The notes below the pieces were generated by a model. The model was not told the origin of the DNA, did no database searches, and worked only from the letters and a program-made list of their open reading frames with translations. From Ranitomeya imitator (Eukaryota), in NCBI RefSeq assembly GCF_032444005.1, contig NC_091284.1, positions 702,708,001-702,772,000 on the forward strand: a stretch of 64,000 nucleotides of DNA. Direction: 5' to 3'. Shown one piece after another: positions 63,104 through 64,000 of the stretch (its first letter is position 1; every line of letters starts with the position of its first letter). The translations under genes and the position numbers were made by a program.

Positions 63104-63527
63104 GGCCGGTTTTACATTAGCATTTTGAGGAGCTGCGGAGGGCTGCGGACTTCCTCCGTGAAGCCCCGCCATTGGCCGCACCTCTGCCACTAGCTCCGCC
63201 TACTTCTGCATGCGGCCTGCATACGGCCTGCGTACCTATCTTTAACATTAGGTACGCAGGTCGTGCGGCTGTATGCGGATGCTTCTGTATGCGTCATTTT
63301 GACGATTCGGCGACCAGCCTAGGACGCAGCTGGTTGCAATTTCTTTTTTTCTCCACATCGTCAAAGCGAAGCATGCGGAAGCATCCGCATACAGCCGTAC
63401 GACCTGCGTACCTAATGTTAAAGATAGGTACGCAGGCCGCATGCAGAACTAGGCGGAGCTAGGGCAGAGGTGCGGGGCTTCTCAGAGGAAGTCCGCAGCT
63501 CCTCAAAACGCTAGTGTGAAACTAGCC
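63104..63527. mobile_element. Harbinger-like palindromic MITE
   Basis: TAA|GGCCGGTTTTACATTAGC ... GCTAGTGTGAAACTAGCC|TTA. The two halves are inverted. Confidence 0.8.
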
Positions 63528-63677
63528 TTAAAAATAAAGTAGTAAATAGGTAGTAAAAAATGGTAGCAAGTTTAATAAGTTGGATATGAGAAACGATTTT
63601 ATAGTTTTACCCACATGCTGATTTAAAAAAATATACTTAAATGCATGTATGTATAATTATTTACATAATACTATATA

Positions 63678-64000
63678 CAGTACAGACCAAAAGTTTAGAC
63701 ACACCTTCTCATTTAAAGATTTTTCTGTATTTTCATGACTATGAAAATTGTAAATTCACACTGAAGGCATCAAAACTATGAATTAACACATGTGGAATTA
63801 TATACTTAACAAAAAAGTGTGAAACAACAACAATTATGTCTTATATTCTAGGTTCTTCAAAGTAGCCACCTTTTGCTTTGATGACTGCTTTGCATACTGT
63901 TGGCATTTTCTTGATGAGCTTCAAGAGGTAGTCACCGGAAATGGTTTTCACTTCACAGGTGTGCCCTGTCAGGTTTAATAAGTGGGATTTCTTGCCTTAT
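63678..64000 (+). mobile_element. Tc1 left arm, same family as 48047-52499, running off the window
   Basis: TA|CAGTACAGACCAAAAGTTTAGACAC. It is colinear with 48047-48271 joined to 52065 onward. Confidence 0.92.

Overview
Vertebrate, repeat-saturated non-coding DNA with three N-gaps. The repeat families look anuran, most like a poison-frog-type genome; this is recall-based and not verified. No host protein-coding gene could be supported. The window is a nested mosaic of Tc1/mariner, pogo/Tigger, hAT, Harbinger-like, Kolobok/T2-like and piggyBac-like elements, Helitrons, young L2 and CR1 LINE 3' halves, tRNA-derived SINEs with L2 tails, and TE-borne minisatellites. The standout is a Penelope-like element (PLE)/hammerhead-ribozyme system. 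A near-intact PLE at 48272-52051 (RT + GIY-YIG, inverted 5' pLTR, 13-bp TSD) carries a minimal type I hammerhead in each pLTR. Its ORF is broken only by a 295-bp fold-back insertion with its own 13-bp TSD. A 961-bp hammerhead-bearing fold-back insertion, also with a 13-bp TSD, sits in a Helitron. About ten minimal hammerhead motifs, intact to decayed and with different palindromic stem-III sequences, occur across the window.
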